From contig OZ199840.1 of NCBI GenBank assembly GCA_964304625.1, positions 445,912 to 509,911 on the forward strand: DNA of 64,000 bases, read 5' to 3'. The notes under the pieces were generated by a model. That model ran no database searches and was not told where the DNA came from. It saw nothing but the letters and a program-made list of their open reading frames with translations. The stretch comes from Kudoa neothunni (lineage: Eukaryota > Animalia > Cnidaria). A program made the position numbers and the translations under genes. Positions 40,040-54,018 of this stretch are shown here, one piece after another. Within the stretch, counting starts at the first letter, position 1. Each line of letters opens with the position of its first letter.

Positions 40040-41008
40040 TTATTTTAGCCTAGGATGATTTTGGTTTGGTTCGATGTAATCTTCAGTTTTGGAGATGGTA
40101 ACGCCATTTTCGATACGTTCTACTGTTCTTTTACCGTTGACTATTGAACTAAAACGACACAATCAAAAAAAAAACCAACAATTAATTAACATTAATGAAA
40201 ATACGTTCTAATTTCTGTGGTAACTCCATTTCGAGTATAAATCTGAGAGGAAGTGGAAACGCTATTCACATTGGCATTGCCAAAAAAGTTATTATTCATA
40301 TTGGAGAGTGGATCTGAGAAAAATCTTACGCATAATTTTGTTTAAAATTGTGCCTTCATAACACTAACCCCTACCTATTTTGAGTGCGGAACAATTGTCG
40401 TTGAGTTCCAAAAGGTTCATGCCAATTGGAAAACGCCCGACCCATATTAAGATCCATATCAAACATATTGTTAGTTGGATCCATGTTATTGAAGCCGAAT
40501 CTATCTGTTGGGTTGAATATTGGATCGGTTTCGAAAAATGCCCTTCAAAATAAGCACACATCAATCGTGCACAACAACCCATCCAACTACCTGAACACTT
40601 CAAAAGGATCATGAAAATTAAACCCAGATCTCTCGCTGCGAAAAGGAAAATCTCTTCCAAAAAAATCATCCAATCCACCGACATCATCACCAACCCCACC
40701 ATAACGATCATACGTGGAACGTTTCTTATCTAAACACTTTTCCAGCACAAAAAAACACACTCCAACTCACCATCAGATAAAACCTCATAGGCTCGAGATA
40801 TTTTTTTAAATTGATCTTCTGCTTTTGCTTTATTCTCGTTGTTGTGTTTATCTGGATGCCATCTCAACGCAAGAGTTCGATATCTACACACCAAGTCATG
40901 CATTGCTAAGCGATTCAAATTGCTTAATTACGCCTTTTTAATCTCTACCTTTGAGGCAGACCTTGCAACTCCTAGTATCTCATAATAATCTTCGCGAGAC
41001 CTACTCAT
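40040..41008 (-). CDS. DnaJ/Hsp40 class B co-chaperone, DNAJB6/B2-like
   Basis: [58 protein letters not shown], then a G/F region FHDPFEVFR and C-terminal [24 protein letters not shown]. Confidence 0.9.
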
Positions 41009-41020
41009 TACAGCTCATAT

Positions 41021-41032
41021 TGCGCCTGCGCA
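41021..41032. promoter_or_regulatory. NRF1-like motif upstream of the DNAJ start codon
   Basis: TGCGCCTGCGCA lies 13 nt upstream of the minus-strand ATG in a very AT-rich background. Confidence 0.35.
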
Positions 41033-44000
41033 CTTGAGTTATTCCAACTTGACTTGAGAATAAATCCAACATTCTCAAATTGATCCATCTGTATAATATA
41101 TTCATCTTCAACACGAAGGAAAATTCTTTGATTACATTAGATCAAATGACTACGTATCTAATGATTTTATAGTTGTTCTTAACGATATGTGTTTATTTTG
41201 CGATTAAATTTTTCCTCTCTAAACCTTGTTTACTCTATTTGAATATGGAGTTATATTATTAGCTAATTAAATTAATTATTATTTATAAATTTTAATTTTG
41301 TTTATAAATAATAATTTATATTTTATTATATTATATTTTATGTTTTGGGTGTGCTAATAATCTATTGTTTTTAAATTTATTTTGCGTAGAAAAACATTTG
41401 AAATGAGTTAACGATATTCATCTTTACTATGGAGATGTTGCACGCCATACAAATGCATAAATAAATGAAATATCTTATTATTGATCCTGTCTGCGCGTGC
41501 TCAAAATATATTTATTATATCAATATGAACCTAGGAGTTTCCAACAAACTGTTTCGGACATAAATATTTTTAGTTTAGATATTAATAAAAATTCTTGATA
41601 AGTTTTATCGTCGAATTGTAAAATATTATTTTTCTGAAAAATTTTTCGTCACAAAATAATCCCTCCAACTCTACTGGGGGTCATTGAATTCTTCTAAAAC
41701 ACTATCTACGTCATTATCAATGTTATCACTATTCGCGTAATTATTTGTTGATATGACCATACTTTTATGGGATTTTTAAAAATATTTTATTGTTTTATTC
41801 ATACCTAAATTATTTTATATTAATACACTAAATTTATTATTTTAGATAGAATATAAACTAAATTTTATATTGTAGTCATAGAAATTACTGTGACCAAATA
41901 TTGTTCGTGTCCGAACAATTTTTTATTTCATTTTGCGATTTGTTCGTTTTATTCATTATTAATCATTACAATGTATTCAAAAGAACATATTTTATGTGAA
42001 TGATTTTATAGATTCCAATAAGGATAGTGAAAAAATGAGTAAATAAATCACGCGCCTTTATTACATTTATGGCACATGCGTCATCGTACACCGAAAATTT
42101 TATGTTTCTTGTAATTATTATAATACTCCTTTTTTACTTTAAAATATAAATCGATATAAGAAACTCTCATTTTTTATTATATTAACTTAAACCGTGATTG
42201 GCTTCAAATTTCAGGGTTTTTACTATTGTAGACTGAAACTTATATGAATAAATTCGTGAGTTTCAAATCAGTTTTAACAAATACCATATAGGAATTCAAA
42301 AATATTAAGCTGTTTGCTAGAATTAAAATTAGAGAATTTTAATTTTTAAATAATATTTTAGGTTGGGTGCTTTATTGATCCTGACTAGCGAAACATTTAT
42401 TTACATTTTAATTGATTCCTAAACAATCATTTAATATAATTTGGAAAATATAATGAGAAAAGTTTTATAAATATTTTGTCTGTGTTTTCTTTAAAGACAA
42501 AATTTTCTATTATCATTATAATTTTCAACAACTCTATTGACGATTTGGAATAGAGAATTGAAGCATTTCAGGCGACCTTTATAAATCTATATTATGTAAT
42601 CGTTAGGTGGGTGAAATAAATTGATTCCGTAGTTTACAACTATTAAATAATTATAATTATATTGGGTTGAGCATTTTTTAATCGTCCATAGCTCTATTGA
42701 TACTTTATCTCACAATATGAATTTTATTTCAATAATCAAAAATCTTTTTAATAGCTTCATTTAATGATTATATTAAAAATAAAATTTTAAATACCTTGCT
42801 TGAATTCAAATATACATTTAACCAGAAAATTATAGGAATATATTATTATTATTATTATTATCGTATCCTATTGTCATTAAATTGGGTTCTTTCACTTAAA
42901 TTAAATGTTGTTGGTTTAGTTAAATTCGGATTAAAATTAAATATTAGCAATAAACTATTGGGATCTAATTATTTTATTTACTGGGTCGTGTTCACCTGCG
43001 TAATCATACTTTATGTATAATTCATGGAAATATTTGTCTAATTTTTATTTATCATCCGCGCGATCTCTGAATTTAAGAAATCACACTCATTATGCGTTTT
43101 AATAATTTGATAATAATTTTAAAATGAACAAAAACAGTTATTATATCCGAAAAATTAACTTTCATAGAATTTTATGTAAGGTCAAAATATTTATAGCACG
43201 AATTATTTTTAGGAGGACATCTATCATAAATGTTGTGTGGATGTCCGCCTTTTTCACTTTCAATCCTCATATATCCAATTATAATTGATATAAAATGTTA
43301 ATTTTTATTATCTCAGATATTTAATTATTTCTAATCCAACGCTATGCTTCATTATGTCAATTATAGTCTAACATCGATCAAACTAGTCATAGCTTAATAT
43401 TTTTGTCTGTAAGGCAGTTAATTCAAAAATTTTTTGACAATGCGTATTTACGACACCCAAGCTCAGTTTAATCCAAATATACGTAGAAAACAAAACGATT
43501 AAATGTGCTATATTTGACCAAAATATTAATTGTAAGTTGAAGTTGACACATTTTTTTTATTTTCACCATAAATATCAAATTTTATGTTAGACTTTGACAT
43601 ATTTTAATAATTGTTATATTCTGTCATTTACAATTTTATAGATTAATTATCAACGGTGAGCATTCACATGATCCTAGGCAACAACTAATGTACATATTTG
43701 TTGATAAAACTATTATAAAAATTTGAAATAACGCCATTTTCATCATTTTAATTTATTTCAAAGCGTAATTGTAATGTATTCTATAAAATTATTTTCTTAT
43801 AACTTAAAAATATTCATATATATATATATTTGAAATGTGGTTTTAATCCAAAAAAGTTATACAGAGATTATTGATATGTATTTTCTAATAAATCATTACT
43901 ACAATTATTTATAATTTTATAATATATCAACCTCATGGAAAAATATGAATATATTAAAATTCGATCTGTTGTATTTCTATTTAAAATCTTCAGCTTTTAA

Positions 44001-44208
44001 TATTTATATATAATAAAAATCTATTTATTGTAACTCATTTTAAAAATTTTAATCATGAATATTTTCCTATTTGAATTTTTTCGAAAATGAGAATTTGACA
44101 TTAAAATTTGCAGCACATGCATCAAAAAATTGATTTGTATAAGCAGGTTGATTATACTAACCGACTGTTAATTAATCGGATGCAAAATACACTTGTAGTG
44201 TATATTAA

Positions 44209-46289
44209 CCGTCTAAGGTTTTTGGGGTGTAATACTGTAATACACCCCAAGGTGAATTTAAAACAAGCATATCATCCGCTGTAAACAACCGAACAACTTA
44301 TAAATCATGGTATTCCTGTAAAAACATTTGTAATATATGATAATACTTGAAATATAAAAATTTACCGAAAATATACATTTTTTTGGAAGATTATCCTCTG
44401 AGGTTTTTTGGGTGTGTTTAACCCCAGATTTTTTTCCTTTTAAAAAGACAAGTATATTATTTTAAACGTAAAATAAAAGTTTCTGTTATTTTAAATGGTT
44501 GGATAACTACAAAAATCATACTTGAAATAATCGTTTTCGTTCGCGCGCGCGAGGGGTTGTTGAATATTTGGCGCGAATAGTTTCCGCTATTTTAGTGATG
44601 AATGCTGTTTATATGGTAATGATCATAATGATTTTGTCAACGAAAATCTTGAAGTCAATTAATACGATCGATTTAAAATAAAAACATTTGAAGATTGTTG
44701 TATTCTTTTTTCAATGAAGAATTATATGCAACAATCATGAAATACACTAACATTTTTTGCAGAAAATATTTTAAACATGATTCGTTTGATATGGACAGCG
44801 TTAAATCTAGGGGTTACTTTAGTCTTATTATACCTATGGGAACGTATAAGAATCGGCGAGAGCTTTTATGTGTAATTTTCAGATTATTTTTCAGTGTCAA
44901 GAAAGGCGGGAAAATGTACATTCGACATTTTTCACTTCGTTGATTCTGACAGATTACTCGATAAATCCATTTTTATGATTTTGAAAGCAGGGTTAAGCTA
45001 AAAGAAACAAATTATTTTAGCGATGTGAGATATGGAATGCGTGGATAACTGTATTGCACAAATTTATTATTCCCAGTCATGACGTTACGATAGACGAACT
45101 CTTGCTTCGTTTTGATTATGGGGGAGATATCCGTTTTTATAATATATGTCGATGAAACTGACGAAATATTGTCGGAAATTTTTCTTTTTTATTGACAAGA
45201 AATCTGTGGCTTGAACATCATGATCTATTTGAGGAGGAATAATTTTGACAGTACAAGACAATTTAAGATTTTTTAAAGCGTAGTTCTTTCCCTATCGGCC
45301 CTGCTTTTTTATTCTGACCGAAACGTAGTAGTTGATGATTTTTATCTTCATCTGCGTTCGTCGAAAAATTGATAGATAAAAAGCTCGCTTTCTTAGGAAC
45401 AATTTCGTATTTTATAAAAATTATGCGATGGTTTCGTCTGTATACAAAAAACCGAAGGCTGTCATTCGTTTGGCAGATGACATCGCAAATTAGTCTTTAT
45501 CTGATGAAAAATAAAAGTTTAAGCCTACGTATATCTCGAACTATAACCGAACTCAAGGCGGAATTGATAACAGATCGAATGCTTGAACCTGTTTCAACGC
45601 GCTTGCTTACGATGGGATGTCCGTTATGTCTTTTAATATTATTAAAAAACAATATTATTAAAAAACATAATTAGTTAATGATCTGGCGTTATATAAGAAT
45701 ATCCAAGGCTTATATAAAGAAAAACAGGCCTACATTTCTAAAGGAAATTCTTCAATGTTTCCACTATCCTCTTCCTCTCTAGAAAAATACCCACCATAAT
45801 CATAAAATGTATACCAGAAAGAGACCTCGCTTCGAAAAAAGCGGACGTTAGCAATCTAAATCAATTTAGATGTGAGTTCTGAGGAAGAAAAAAGACAGCG
45901 AAACTTCAAAATTGTGGAAATCCTGTTTCAAACATTATTGCTCCTAACATTCATCTAACACTTGTTTTAGATGTAAACAATTGCGGAAAATATTTAATTT
46001 AACAATTTTTTGGAAATCATGTAATAGACTATTTTTATTAGGAAAAAATATTATAGTTCAATTACCGGCCATATACGATACATGACTTGCTCCATAAAAT
46101 TAATAAATCGAAATAACGCGCGTAAATTCTCATGTATTTATATTTATTAGGGTTTCACCCAATGGATTTTTCTCGTAAATTACAAACAAAGTTTTTATAA
46201 TTTTTCATATATATTCGATGAATAAAAATGTGGGGTTAATTACACCCGAAAAACCTTAGTGGGATATCGATTTTCGGATCGTTAGAGGG
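44209..46289 (+). mobile_element. Heavily decayed piggyBac transposon
   Basis: TTAA|CCGTCTAAGG..GGGGTGTAAT..TACACCCC left end and ..CGTTAGAGGG|TTAT right end. Fragments DVTIDELLLRF, RNVVVDDF, KLAFLGTI. Confidence 0.75.
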
Positions 46290-46295
46290 TTATAG

Positions 46296-48300
46296 ACAGC
46301 GTGAAATTTATACACGATTATAATACATACGAACGTGATTTTATTTAATTTCCATTTTTCCCGTGATTTGATTGTAATGACTAACAAAAATTTTTTAGGT
46401 CATTTTAACTTTTCAAATCGTTATAATTAGACCATGCAATTTTCGATTCGAATAAAAGTGCCGGCTTTTATTTATATGGAACGAAAACGCCGATTTTGAG
46501 ACTAAATTATTGTATTCGCTTAATGTTACCCTTGAAAAAAACAACCAAGAACACTACGGCACGCGAGTATTCGGTGATACACATGGTAAATCAAGGAATT
46601 AACACAAAGAAGCGTGGATATAGGAAGTAAACGCAGAGAAATTGGCGAGTATTTGCTTGAATCGAACGATTTGGAAGTGGCTGGAGATTCCCTATGTTGT
46701 AAATGCTGCAAGATAATCTTGCAGTATTTAAACGAAATAGAATTCAGGAACATATTGGTTCACAAAAGCACATATTCATAAAAGCAAGTTTAAATAATAC
46801 GATCTCCATCAAAAATATTTTGCATTGTGACAAATCCAACTTGACTGAAATTGAAATGGATTTAGTTGAAATATCATTTTTGACGGTATCCTATTTAGTT
46901 CAATCAATAAAGGTAGTTGTTTCAGATCTTTTATTTCCAAATGTTGCCCTGCATCGAGGTCATTATCTGATGGAAGATCTCTTATCGATAGACACCTACC
47001 TGCAATATTCCTAGATTGTGTAAGTGACATTAAAGCAACATTGAAGGGTCTTAGATTTAGCTTGATTATTGATGAATCACCTGACATAAAGAACAAACCT
47101 GTTTTTAACACACCATCATATTACTACGATCATGATTCAAATACAAAAAAACAATTATGCTCGACTCTTCAAGACTTTTACAGTGTAATTCTGTCGTCGT
47201 CAAAAATCAGTTATCAACGGTAATAAAACGTTACAACTTATCATGAGATAACTGCATTGCGATTATTTCGGATTTGGCACCATATATGGAACGATTCTTT
47301 AAGAAATACAAGACAATATATCCACACATCATATGTATTCCATTCTACTCTCATTTAATTCATCTCGTTGTTCTCGAAGCGGATGGTATTCATTTCATGA
47401 ATATTAAAAAGTTTTGCATGAAGTTTTCAGCTCTTTTAGCAAAATATGTGTTTATGATTCACCCCAAAAATAATAACTTGAATGTTTCAAAGAAATACCC
47501 CGTGTAATAGCTATCCGTTGGTACAGTCTCTCTAACTGCTTAAAGCAGATAAAAGAATATTTTCCAGCTGTTGTTGACTTTCTAAGCCAGATTAAATTGA
47601 AGAATTCGACAAGAAATTAAATGAATTGTTCGAAATCAATCCGAAAAATTTAAATCTCATTTTTGTTTGGATATGTTGATTGAACACCTTTCGCTTTTGA
47701 TTGAATATTCTAAGTTTATTGAAACTAGAAAAAATTTATGTTTCACAAGTATATTTGATTGTATATTGGATAACCGAATGTTTTGATATTAAAAAAATAA
47801 TTTTTTTGAAATCCTTGGAATAATCCCCTTTGACGTTCGAAGTGACTTGATCAGAAGACCTGAATGCTTACGTAGTAAGATTGTCCGAGACCTCCATCAA
47901 TACATATCAAATAGTATCAGCGAATGTTTCCCATCAGCCACCTTTCTAGAGACAGTGAGACACATCAATCCAAACAATAATATATCAATTACAAACATCA
48001 ATATTGAAGATCATTGTTGTTCAATTCAGACAGAAGATAAATCGGAAATTAGAAATGAATACAATTTTCTTTGTAAAATTCTCCAAACCCCCATCCAATT
48101 TGCTGATATCGATTTTTGGCGGAAAGATCAAGCGTTTGTCCCTTACTATCAAAAATTGTTCGAGATTTACTAGCGATACTTGTATCGTCCACAATTTTGG
48201 AGGATACAGTTTTTCAACGATGAATCAAATCTTTGGAAAACACCGGATGAGCTTATCTAATGAGCGCTTAACTATGTTGTCTATTTTAAACTTCAAATGA
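46296..48300 (+). mobile_element. hAT transposase relic
   Basis: FSLIIDESPDI (first catalytic D), CIPFYSHLIHLV, IRW motif and SFSTMNQIFGKHRMSLSNERL (dimerisation region), spread across frameshifted ORFs. Confidence 0.75.
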
Positions 48301-48634
48301 CCATCAATACTTTAACCATTATTGTTAACATTATAGTATTTCGTCGTTTTATGTATTTATTGATCGATAGAAGCCATTCTTCTTTTGTTTGTATAATAAG
48401 CGTCGAAAATTGTATGTTCTAGTTATAACATATTATTCTACTTAATATATTATCTTCGAACTTCAAACAAACAGACTATTTCGCATGATAGAATTATATC
48501 TGTAAACTTCCCACAACTATAAACGACTTAACTGGGGATACAAATAATTGATATCATGAAGTCAATCTAGATTTTATTCTTTCATCAATAACAATTTAAC
48601 ATATTATTATAGAAACGAGTTAGAAAGTGTAATA

Positions 48635-48666
<32 letters not shown>

Positions 48667-49373
48667 CCAAATTGGTTGCTCGGTAGTTGGAATATTATAT
48701 AAAGTTAGAAAATCTTATATGGGTTATACAATGAGAGAAATCTAATTTTCAATATTTGAACACCATGCTATTTGGAGTAAAGATTAATTCGTAATATAAG
48801 CCAACAAAAAAAAGTGGATCTAAGTCGAATATTTTTTAATTCACCTTTTATTATTTTGTGTGGACATAAAGCTAAATGTTGGATCCCAGGTAGTGATGGC
48901 ATTTATAATCTCCAGATTACGTAACATTAACAATGTCTTATCGAATAGCACCATATCATAAGACACAATGTAATCGGCTTAACGACGTATTAGTTGGTGT
49001 CTTATTTAAATCGGTAGCATTGTTGTGGATAAATTCATTATGACCACAAAAGTATCCCCTCCCAATTATATTTTATTGGAGGTTATATTGCGAAGTATAT
49101 ATACAAAGTTGACCAACCTTGTAACTGGTATTAGTCAGATATTGGATTAGCAGCAGTATATCGGTCAATTTCATTCGTAATTGTGGCCTAACAAAAGGAT
49201 GTGTAGAGGATTAGTAGTGGTTGACATTTAAAGGCGACTATATTATGTTAAGCTCACCTAATATTTATTCTAAGAATTAGTAGTGCCAACGATTTTATAC
49301 CTGATTCTACTCAATTTTTAGATCGGTCAATCATATATAAATAGAGAAAAATTATATTATCATTTTTTTCCAG

Positions 49374-49579
49374 AATGAACAAGTATTAATTCATATAAAA
49401 AATAATTCTCACATTTCATTAAAATAACTATATAATTTGAAACAATTATAATGTCAGTTTTATAGAACAATGGTTCTTATTGTCGAATACAACCTGTATA
49501 AAATGCATAATAAAAATTAACCTAACGGTCCTTTATTTGGTTTCACATTAAACATCGTACACTTTGAGACCACCTACGC

Positions 49580-49614
<35 letters not shown>

Positions 49615-51711
49615 TGTGTTTAACTTACAAAACAACTCAGAAAATAATTCCACCAATTAGTTATATTAATTATTAACGTTCGAGCTACAGTTGTATATTA
49701 CAATAGAGTAAATGCGCAATGAAATAGGAACGATTGATTTTGACTACAAAGCTATGCAGTCGACGAGTGGTACAACTTTAATTATTTGGTCAAATTCTAA
49801 ATAACAGAAAAAACCTAGAGTACGTGGTCGTTTAATGATACAATACATTTCCATAATATCACAGTTCGACCTACTTCGTTGTTAGTCGTTTTACATTTAG
49901 ATCTGTGGTTAGTTTTGTCATGTAAGTACATTTTGGTTTAGTGTTGACATTTTTATGTTTCTCATCATAATTCGATGTGGAATACACCAAATTTATCACA
50001 TAAGTGTTACCACATAAGTGATTGGTGCAGGAAACTCCACTATCACATAGACCATAAAGTTCTCACTAATAACATTATAAATATAGCACCAGATCCATCG
50101 TATTCTACAATGAGACTACAGAACAACAATATTCTGAATAACAGCAAGGCAGCTCCGAAAGGTAAATATTGTTGTGGATAATAGTTGTTTCTTCCGACTG
50201 GTGTTGTACGTGTGGTAAAATTTAGCCGTCAATTTACGTCCTCCGTTCATCAAAATTGAGGATGCTTCTCTGTAAGTTGGTTTCTTGAGTTGTTGATCAT
50301 AATTTCAACTGTTAGCAATTATCGACCAATTTTTTATGAAATGCAATCCATCCCATTAATTCTCACCGATAGATACATCAAAACGTCACCATTCTACTAT
50401 CCCCACAGAAGTAATCTTTAAATGTATTTATATTAACATTGTTGATTTATTGAAAAAATTTAGCTGACGGTGCCACACATGCTGCAGCATCCGCCAAACA
50501 CAGCGATGTACCTCCACCCGTACCAAATTTTGTGGGATTCTTACATTCCTCTGGTTATTGTGAAATTTGTGAGAAAGAATTCAACCACATTAACACAGTA
50601 CACACAGTTACTAGAAATTCTATATTTTAAAATAATCTAGCACATAAAAACAAAAACACACGTCTGCCATGCCCTCAATGATAATGTATATGCAGAGATT
50701 GACGATGTTGTGAGATTGGGTTTTATGAACGAACGAATGCCATCGGTGGTAGGTTTTTTTGACGATTGATCATTCTGTTTACACATTATTGACATATATG
50801 CGAATTATTCATACGCTAATCAATAATTAATGCAATTCGATTAGCCAAGAACAACAATGCTAGTATCGGTGTTGAATGGTGTGCTGAAAACAACAATCCC
50901 AATGGCCGAACTCAAGTTTACATTGTATGTCATTATGCTGAATTTATCCAACTATCGATTGATGATGTTTTTATTCGATATTTCTTAGGAATGAACCTAT
51001 CGAGCTAAAAACCACTCAAATATTTCTTTCTGGAATATACCATCATAAAAACGTGAATCAAGGAATTATTATACACTGTTCGCGTACAAGAAGTGTCACA
51101 ATCGAACCAATGTGCATGTAATCAATCAGCTGTGTGTTGATATTGAATATTGAGCGGTGTTGGTTAGTGATTATTTGAATAAAATAACGACTGATTCAGC
51201 TGTTCATCCACAGGTGAGATTTGCTTTTGTTGGATGAGTGTATGAATGGTATTTTGATAGATCCTTTCAATGTCGAAAATTCCAGTGGAAATACCTGCTT
51301 TAAAAATGTTCGTTGTTTTTGCACTGTGTATGTATCTAGCTACTCCCCTGTTGTTGTAGACAAACCAACATTTGCGTCGTTGAAAGCTCGTGTATGTTCA
51401 TCACCAAAAATAAGAAACTACCTAGTGACTGCACCAATTTGGTAAAAATGGACCTTTTTTTATTGCCTCTTCCATCCTTCGAAATCGATATTTTGTTTTC
51501 CCTGCTCACACATCCACAAGGACTTTATAGGTCAAAGTGAGATAGTGTTTTTGTCTGCCGCTCTTATTTAAACGTTGCCGATAGTGAACGTAACAATGTA
51601 ATCAATACAAACAACGCCACTTCGGTTAGCGATCCGTCCGCCAATGATGCTCTTCCTTGGTGTATTAATGATATAATCAATGCAATTACCAGTATTCGTA
51701 GTTGGACGTAA
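49374..51711 (+). CDS. DBF4: DBF4 (CDC7 kinase regulatory subunit) homolog; 5' exons uncertain
   Basis: Spliced motif M VNLRPPFIKIEDASLNYRPIFYEMQSIPLI..SPF (50226-50410) and motif C zinc finger SGYCEICEKEFNHINTHIKTKTH..VYAEIDDVV (50550-50720). Probable stop at 51711. Confidence 0.85.
49583..49611. repeat. (TG)n microsatellite
   Basis: Directly visible. (TA)n runs also occur at ~5295, ~32891, ~48640 and ~54678. Confidence 0.9.
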
Positions 51712-52491
51712 CGTTTTTAGTCAAGCTGATACCGGTGCACCGTTTACTATAGTTACGTTTATTTTGTTACTCCGTCGTTCTTTGTTTATTTGTGTCTATT
51801 TTAAATTGTTTTTTAATGGCTGCTATATCTTCACTCTTACACACACACATAATCAGTCCTGTCTGCTGTCATAATCTGCGGAAATTATTCTTTATTTACA
51901 TTTATTAAAGTGACGGATTTTTAGTGATTTTATTCGTTCCAAAATAGAAAAGATATTAAAAATATTTAGTTTATATTGAATATGAAGTAGAAATTAGAAA
52001 AATCTGGTTTAATTAAGGTTTTTTGCAATCGTACCAAAAATCACCCACGATGGATTATTGATTATTCGTGCTTTTTTGTCATCCCCAATGAAATTAAAAA
52101 AGTCAACCACCTTCTTTATATCGTTAACAGATGAATCTCAAATTTAGACAGACGAAAAATCAAACGTCGTGGTTTTGTTGTTCAGGATATAGATCTGGGG
52201 AGGGTAAATTTTTTTTATTCGCCGCCGGCATGAAAGTAATATGTTCAGATAAAGAACCAAAACATTCAAATATTTCCTTTTGTACTAGCATTAGAATGCA
52301 AATAGGACAATGATTTTTTATTTAAATTCATTCGTTTCAACTCGAGTAGGTGGCTTCATTTGAGAAAATGTTTTCAACAAAAACAGAATAAAATACACAA
52401 TGAATACTGGATAATATAAAATTTTGTTGAGATTCATAACGTTTGAGCTCATCGGCCTCGCTGGAACCTCTCACGGGCCGTAATTTGTCCA

Positions 52492-52982
52492 GCCTGGACT
52501 ACATGGCGTAGTGGTGTTAGGTTGAGATCGCATACCTTGAGGTTGCGAGTCCAAAGTATAGTCCGGGCGTTCCTGTACACCTAACCCGAAATTAAGTAGG
52601 AAGGCTGTAGTAATCTAATCACAGAGATCTACGATTTATCGTGGTCTTGCTTGCAGCTGGGAGGGGAGTCTAACGGAAAGGTAGAACTCGGATGCATATA
52701 AACGCCGAGCTACAGGAACGAAATAAAACCCAGTACGAGGTTTCGGTATAGCTGACGCTCGCGTATTCAGACGACTTTCCCAGACTAATTCTAGGTTAAT
52801 CCAGGGTATGTATGGTTGGACTGGTGAATTCTCCAAACGAGCATGTTTAGTGGGTTAAAATCTCAGCTACCGCATGAACAAAGTCGCCTAAAGTGTAAAT
52901 GGTAAATAGAGAAGGCCTAACCAACCCGAACTTCACAACCCAACAAGTTACGCCAAAGGTTTGACCTTGTAAACAAAAAAAG
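52492..52982 (+). mobile_element. tRNA-headed SINE-like retroelement, near full length
   Basis: Pol III A box TGGCGTAGTGG (52504-52514), degenerate B-box-like GGTTGCGAGTCC, stem GCCTGGACTA / TAGTCCGGGC, A-rich 3' tail, and a second copy at 58935-59373. Confidence 0.7.
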
Positions 52983-54018
52983 ACAATGTTTGGCTCTATG
53001 TATGCATGCGAGCTGCCTTTCTACATCTAAAAAACATTAAGACCAAATTACGATCATGTTCAACAGATGGAGGTTTCACTGCCGGCATGATGCTTATTCT
53101 CACCATATATCAACTAGACTATAAAACCATCTGCAAAACCATGCAGAAACACAAATCGCATCGATGATGATAAATACTCTTCATTGATTAATAATAGCGT
53201 AACAATTCTACGAAAATGAATTCAGTGACTTGTTTCACGTCAAAATGTTCGAATTATATAAAACGCGCACATGTACTTCTATCTTTGTTTTAAAACATGT
53301 TGTATAGCTCTCATGAAATTAGGTTTAAAAAACATATGGCCTTTGAGGCTCTCCCACTAAAAAAAGGTTCCCGGCACCTGCTTTAGAAGATAAAAAATCT
53401 ACTGTTATAAAATTAAACATAAAGGCTAACATCGTTTATGTTGAATAGACTTCATACAAACTATCAATTACTTCGCCATTTCATAGAATAATGTCAAACA
53501 AACCATTTAGATTAATTTAATTGAGTTTTCGAATAGAAACTTACTGATAACGAAGCATCCAAAAATATTATCACACGTATCCAATCTCTTACCTGATTTA
53601 AAAGTGAACAACGAAAATCTCGCAATAAATAATTAAATGTTTATTTTCAAATTCAAGCTAAAGTGATATTAGCATCCCCTGTAAGGGCGAACTGCTTCAA
53701 CTTTAAAGGGAAGGGTACCAATTTATTATAATCAATGAGTAATATAAACACTCAACGTGTCGTTATTTAGTGAGAAATAGGGGCCGCAATGGCAGAAACA
53801 CAACCAAAAGTAATTATTGGTAATCATTGAATGAAATCTTATTAAATTAAAAAACTACTGCAAAATTATTTTTAAATAAAAACTGATTTAAAACAGTAGA
53901 ATAATGATCCGTGAGTGTTATTTTTTGTAATCACCATCACTGTATTTTTCATGCAACCGTTTAACTTTAGCTTTACTAAAAACAGATCATTCGTCACTGT
54001 CATCTTTCAACAAAGTTA

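Noticed and set aside
41100-44150. Long AT-rich tract with short ORFs (also 61000-63500)
   Set aside because: Low-complexity ORFs; no consistent exon chain, repeat array or structure found.
48700-49335. Possible spliced minus-strand gene head-to-head with DBF4
   Set aside because: Intron-like segments exist, but I could not build a stop-free model or recognise a domain.
36659-51711. GINS2 and DBF4 as a replication-initiation gene cluster
   Set aside because: They are 12 kb apart, separated by an unrelated gene and TEs; two genes are compatible with chance.
52436-52497. Possible ribozyme or pseudoknot upstream of the SINE (minus strand CCGATGAGCTCAAACGTT; plus strand CGGCC/GGCCG and GCTGGA/TCCAGC pairings)
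   Set aside because: The hammerhead core is broken (CCGATGA, no GAAA) and HDV-like P1.1 and catalytic C elements are missing. The tract resembles hAT MITE termini seen elsewhere (e.g. 16880-16903).
52492-52569. Functional tRNA gene (superficially tRNA-Sec-like ends)
   Set aside because: No proper T-loop or B box and no convincing cloverleaf; it is continuous with a repeated body, so it is better read as a SINE head.
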